Source: Coleofasciculus sp. B1-GNL1-01
Lineage (GTDB): Bacteria > Cyanobacteriota > Cyanobacteriia > Cyanobacteriales > Coleofasciculaceae
Assembly (NCBI GenBank): GCA_040220235.1
Contig: JAVJTO010000084.1
DNA: 64,000 bases
Direction: 5' to 3' (one strand)
Part shown: piece by piece, positions 60,333 to 64,000 of the stretch
Position numbering within the stretch: position 1 is the first letter of the stretch
Layout of the letters: the number at the start of each line of letters is the position of its first letter
Program-made: the position numbers and the translations under genes
The notes under the pieces: generated by a model
Databases searched by the model: none
What the model saw: only the letters and a program-made list of their open reading frames with translations
What the model was told of the DNA's origin: nothing

Positions 60333-60356
60333 AGCCGTCAGGACTAACTGACGGCT
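60333..60356. terminator. Hairpin between convergent hemH and rpsU
   Basis: AGCCGTCAG-GACTAA-CTGACGGCT. Confidence 0.45.
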
Positions 60357-60444
60357 GACAAACTATTCCTGTGGTTTTTGCGAATACACCACACGACATC
60401 CCGATTGGAATGTCTATTTGGATGAAAAGGTATTGAGAAATTGC

Positions 60445-60624
60445 TTAGCGGACTCGCCGCTTACGTCGTCTAGCTACTGCTTTGCGCTTTTTCTTTTCAA
60501 TCGGCGTCTCAAAGTGACGCAAACGCTTCATATCTGCAAAAATTCCTGCTTTAGACACTTGCCGCTTAAATCGGCGCAGCGCTGACTCAATTCCTTCATT
60601 TTCGCCTACAACCACTTGGGTCAT
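60445..60624 (-). CDS. rpsU: 30S ribosomal protein S21
   Basis: [28 protein letters not shown]...HFETP; AGGAGG SD. Confidence 0.96.
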   Translation of the reverse strand: MTQVVVGENEGIESALRRFKRQVSKAGIFADMKRLRHFETPIEKKKRKAVARRRKRRVR

Positions 60625-60731
60625 ACTATATCCTCCTTCTAGCGTACAGTACATAATGGATGATAATTATCATCCAATTCAATCTCTCACAAAATTAGCG
60701 TATTGAAACCAGCAGCGATGCTCATCACTAT

Positions 60732-60863
60732 TTGACATCCTCACCGAGCGACACCTTTAGGGAGCCTACTCGGAATGGGGTTGACGCTTCACTAAACATT
60801 GCCTCTAATAAGGTCTTACACGCTCTCCACGTCCGTGTAAAGTCTCGGAATGTCTTGCCGTGA
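60732..60863 (-). ncRNA. Orphan IS200/IS605 right end / TnpB omegaRNA-like scaffold with no tnpB
   Basis: Reverse strand acggcaagacattccgagactttacacggacgtggagagcgtgtaagacc...ggcaatgtttagtgaagcgtcaa...ccgag-loop-ctcggtgaggatgtcaa, resembling tnpB 3' tails and right-end hairpins ending in TCAA. Confidence 0.6.
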
Positions 60864-61036
60864 CGACTGAATTTATCAACGATGAATGGTGATTTCAGAG
60901 ACAATTAACATCGCTGAAATAAGTTGTTTGAATAGTTAAACAACTGCTCCCATGGTAACGATTAATTTCAATGAAAACAAGCCTGTCTCCTTATCCGGTG
61001 AGACAGAACTGAGCTGGGCTTGCCATCACCCCCAGA

Positions 61037-62041
61037 TTACAACTTCGCGATCGCACTGTCAATCAACGTCACCCCCTGTTCCACAGTATCAATGCGACTT
61101 AGCTGATCTCGCAAGTCGCTGGCTCCCACAAAACCCTTAGTATACCACGCCAAATGCTTTCTGGCTTGCTGAACGCCGCGATCGCCTTTATACTCCCATA
61201 ACGCTTGTAAATGTTCCTTAGCACAGGTTAACCGTTCTACCGTCGGCGGTGGTGCTTGCTGTTTCCCGGTTTTCAGGAAATGGTCAATTTCTCCCACCAG
61301 AAACGGATACCCCAATGTTCCTCGCGAACACATCACCCCATCCGCCCCGGTTTGTTCCAAGCATCTCACCGCTGACTCCACCGAAAAAATATCGCCATTG
61401 GCAATAACCGGAATCGACAAAACCTGCTTCACCTTACCAATCCACTCCCACTTCGCCTCACCCTTATACCCTTGGGCGCGGGTACGGGCGTGCAACGTTA
61501 ACATTTGCGCCCCCGCCTCCTCCATCCGCTTGGCAAAATCGAGGATATTAATCTCGTCATCATTCCAGCCAATCCGCGTCTTCACCGTAACCGGAACAGA
61601 CACCGCCTCCACCACCGCCCGGACAATCGCCACCGCTGTTTCTGGTTCTCGCAGTAACGATGAACCCCCTCCCTTTTTAGTAATTTTATTCACCGGACAT
61701 CCCATATTAATATCCACGGTATCCGCGCCTTCCGCTACAGCTTTCTGGGCAGCTTCTCCCAGGAAATCCGGGCGACAATCAAACAACTGGATACTAATCG
61801 GCTTTTCATTCGGATCAACATCCATTATTTTGGATAAACCCTTGACATGATGCAATCCGGCTGCATGAACCATCTCCGTATACATCATCGACTCTGGCGC
61901 ATAGCGGCGCACCAGACGACGGAATACCAAATCTGTGACACCAGACAGAGGAGACTGGAGAACCCGACTCTTAACTTCAAACGAACCAATTTTCAGAGGA
62001 GTTGCTAATCGCTGGTGTAACTGAGAGCAAAAAACAGTCAT
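61037..62041 (-). CDS. dusB: tRNA-dihydrouridine synthase B
   Basis: QSPLSGVTD, TEMV, DINMGCP, VTVKTRIGW, LHARTR, IANGDI. Confidence 0.93.
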   Translation of the reverse strand: MTVFCSQLHQRLATPLKIGSFEVKSRVLQSPLSGVTDLVFRRLVRRYAPESMMYTEMVHAAGLHHVKGLSKIMDVDPNEKPISIQLFDCRPDFLGEAAQKAVAEGADTVDINMGCPVNKITKKGGGSSLLREPETAVAIVRAVVEAVSVPVTVKTRIGWNDDEINILDFAKRMEEAGAQMLTLHARTRAQGYKGEAKWEWIGKVKQVLSIPVIANGDIFSVESAVRCLEQTGADGVMCSRGTLGYPFLVGEIDHFLKTGKQQAPPPTVERLTCAKEHLQALWEYKGDRGVQQARKHLAWYTKGFVGASDLRDQLSRIDTVEQGVTLIDSAIAKL

Positions 62042-62043
62042 AC

Positions 62044-62103
62044 TTGTGATTGCGCTTGTAGTTGCGCTTGTAGTTGCGCTTGTAGTTGCGCTTGTAGTTG
62101 CGC
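62044..62103. repeat. 12-bp tandem repeat (TTGTAGTTGCGC) x5, first unit imperfect
   Basis: Direct reading; ends in gcgctttagcgc like the single copy near 37477. Confidence 0.85.
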
Positions 62104-62124
62104 TTTAGCGCCGATCAACGCTTA

Positions 62125-62227
62125 TATCGCAATCCTATTTAGGTTGTGGCAATTTTCAAAAATGAAACCCTTGCTATACCTGGCTTTCGAGCTTTTCGCT
62201 TGTTGCATCCTATTTAGGATTGCTATA
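62125..62227. mobile_element. MITE with TATAGCAATCCTA-type ends
   Basis: tatcgcaatcctatttagg ... cctatttaggattgctata. Confidence 0.65.
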
Positions 62228-62412
62228 GATCTCCCCCAACTCCAGGTTAACCTGTTGGGTTACGCGATCGCTCCGGCTTGTAGTAAGGAAAGCTTAACCC
62301 TAAATTCTGTTGGGTTTCCTGGCGTCAACCCAACCTACAACCTATCCCACCATTTTAGCTGTGCCACGCCAGTAGGGGTGAGTCGCGGAACTATCCTTAA
62401 GGGGAAAGGCAA

Positions 62413-63252
62413 TCATTCGATCCTACCAGTAAACACTCGCTGCGCCGGTCCAGTCATGTAAATTCGTTGATCAACTTCGGACCATTCAATGTCCAAACAG
62501 CCACCAGGAAGTTCCACGGTGCAGATGCGATCGCTTTTTTCCGTCAATACCCCGGCAACCACCGACGCACAAGCCCCCGTACCACAGGCTAAGGTGGCTC
62601 CAGCCCCCCGTTCCCAGACGCGCATTTTGATATAATCCGGGCGCACCACTTGAATGAATTCGGTATTGGTTCGTTTGGGGAAGGCTGAATGATGCTCGAA
62701 TTGAGGTCCAATGATTTCTAGGGGAATGGCACTCACGTCTTCCACATAGGTAATACAGTGAGGATTGCCCATGCTCACACAAGTGACCTGCCAATGATTT
62801 CCCCCAACCTCTAAAGGAACATCAATCACCTTTTGATCGGCTTGGGCTAAGGTTGTCGGGATTTGAGACGCCAAAAGCTGAGGCATACCCATATTTACCC
62901 TAACTTTGCCATTGCTTTCCAGTTTCGGCGCAATTACCCCAGCTAAGGTATGAATCTGATACTCCGTTGAACCCGTGACTCCCTGTAAATCCGCTAAAAA
63001 CTGAGCCAAACAGCGAATCCCATTGCCACACATTTCCGGTTCCGAGCCATCGGCGTTAAAAATCCGCATACTATAGTCAGTACCCTCTTGTCCAGGTAGG
63101 GCAAAAATCACCCCATCAGCACCGATGCCAAAGTTGCGATCGCACCATTGCACGGCTTGCTCTGAAGTGATTAGCGGGTCTGACTTTGACCGATTATCAA
63201 TCAGAATGAAGTCATTCCCCAGACCGTGGTACTTTGTAAATTCAATTACCAT
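62413..63252 (-). CDS. dapF: Diaminopimelate epimerase
   Basis: [47 protein letters not shown]. Confidence 0.97.
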   Translation of the reverse strand: MVIEFTKYHGLGNDFILIDNRSKSDPLITSEQAVQWCDRNFGIGADGVIFALPGQEGTDYSMRIFNADGSEPEMCGNGIRCLAQFLADLQGVTGSTEYQIHTLAGVIAPKLESNGKVRVNMGMPQLLASQIPTTLAQADQKVIDVPLEVGGNHWQVTCVSMGNPHCITYVEDVSAIPLEIIGPQFEHHSAFPKRTNTEFIQVVRPDYIKMRVWERGAGATLACGTGACASVVAGVLTEKSDRICTVELPGGCLDIEWSEVDQRIYMTGPAQRVFTGRIE

Positions 63253-63279
63253 TATCGTCTCCAGCTTAACTATCTAATT

Positions 63280-63624
63280 ATGAGTGAATTGTCCACCAAT
63301 CTACCCAGTGTTCGTCAACTGCAAGGCTTGATTCGAGAAGCCCAAGAAGTTGAAGTCAAACTCATGACCAATGAAATCTTTACAGGCAGAGTGCGCTGGC
63401 AAGACACATCCTGCTTATGTATTCTGGATGAACAGGAGCAGCCAATTATTATTTGGCATCACGCGATCGCCTATATCAAGCCCAAGGGAGGTGGTGGCAT
63501 GAATCGATCCCTCCAAGTACGCCAAGAGTCTGCCGTGGCGAATTCTGAAACAGCCGAGAGTTATGAAACGGTAGAAAGTTCAGAAACAGAGGAGAGTGCC
63601 GATAATCCCTTTGAATTTGCTTAA
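63280..63624 (+). CDS. hfq: Cyanobacterial Hfq-like protein with an acidic C-terminal tail
   Basis: LPSVRQ.Q.LI.....VEVKL.T.....G...WQD...AIAYI.P; divergent from dapF. Confidence 0.85.
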   Translation: MSELSTNLPSVRQLQGLIREAQEVEVKLMTNEIFTGRVRWQDTSCLCILDEQEQPIIIWHHAIAYIKPKGGGGMNRSLQVRQESAVANSETAESYETVESSETEESADNPFEFA

Positions 63625-63693
63625 TCAGTCATTGGTCATTTGTCATTGGTCATTTGTCCTTTGTTCTAACATTTCACAGTATGTGATGCCTCT

Positions 63694-63758
63694 GTAGGGA
63701 CGGGTTTCACAACTATCTTTTCGGTTGCAACCGGATGTGACTAAACCCGCCCCGACTC
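63694..63758. repeat. REP doublet (inverted near-copy of 45651-45715)
   Basis: gtagggacgggtttcac...ctaaacccgccccgactc. Confidence 0.8.
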
Positions 63759-63854
63759 AGGGGTTCTGAACTGTTGCTGCTTAAATTGTAGAAAATTGTA
63801 GATATATAGTAAAATCGAGTCGGCTTCTGTAGAGATGGTCGGGGGCGGCTGCTC

Positions 63855-64000
63855 ATGAAATTGGTAGAAAGACACATCATCAACCGAAATCATGCCAATT
63901 GGCAGGAGGCAGATAAATTGGCATTTAAGTCAAAGAATCTGTACAACTTCTCTAACTATTTGTGCCGTCAACACTTCTTTGAGACGGGGAATCGGTATAC
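63855..64000 (+). mobile_element. tnpB: TnpB family RNA-guided endonuclease, N-terminus (runs off the window)
   Basis: Manual translation MKLVERHIINRNHANWQEADKLAFKSKNLYNFSNYLCRQHFF matches the cyanobacterial TnpB N-terminus; no tnpA directly upstream. Confidence 0.75.

Noticed and set aside
61037..62041. dus gene as a genomic island attachment site
   Set aside because: No integrase and no duplicated gene fragment in the window

Overview
This is cyanobacterial chromosomal DNA, probably from a filamentous Oscillatoriales-type organism (inference). The evidence is frequent HIP1 octamers (GCGATCGC), heptamer/nonamer STRR repeats, the pipX-pipY-sepF-proC cluster, crtR, hemH with a CAB domain and divergent dapF/hfq. 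Housekeeping genes (lptC, cofH, moaE, sir, argJ, hemH, rpsU, dusB, dapF, hfq) alternate with accessory modules: a TolC-TetR-DevBCA exporter with a visible TetR operator; tandem Rpn nucleases, one frameshifted; a membrane-anchored HEAT-repeat P-loop NTPase paired with a second, nonsense-interrupted NTPase; a partial arsenosugar-type cluster; and a four-gene partner-switching operon (tandem-V4R sensor, PAS-PAS-PP2C phosphatase, anti-sigma-like kinase, STAS protein) followed by a cytoplasmic UrtA/AmiC-like-GAF-PAS adenylate cyclase. Intergenic DNA is full of small mobile elements: GTAG-type REP doublets, several MITE families, a HUH transposase between covarying inverted REP-like ends, an orphan IS605/TnpB omegaRNA-like right end upstream of rpsU, and a tnpB gene starting at the right edge. 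No rRNA, tRNA or CRISPR array was recognised. The best candidates for undescribed systems are the V4R partner switch plus cyclase, the paired NTPase module and the orphan omegaRNA-like locus. All calls are by-eye motif recognition, not database searches.
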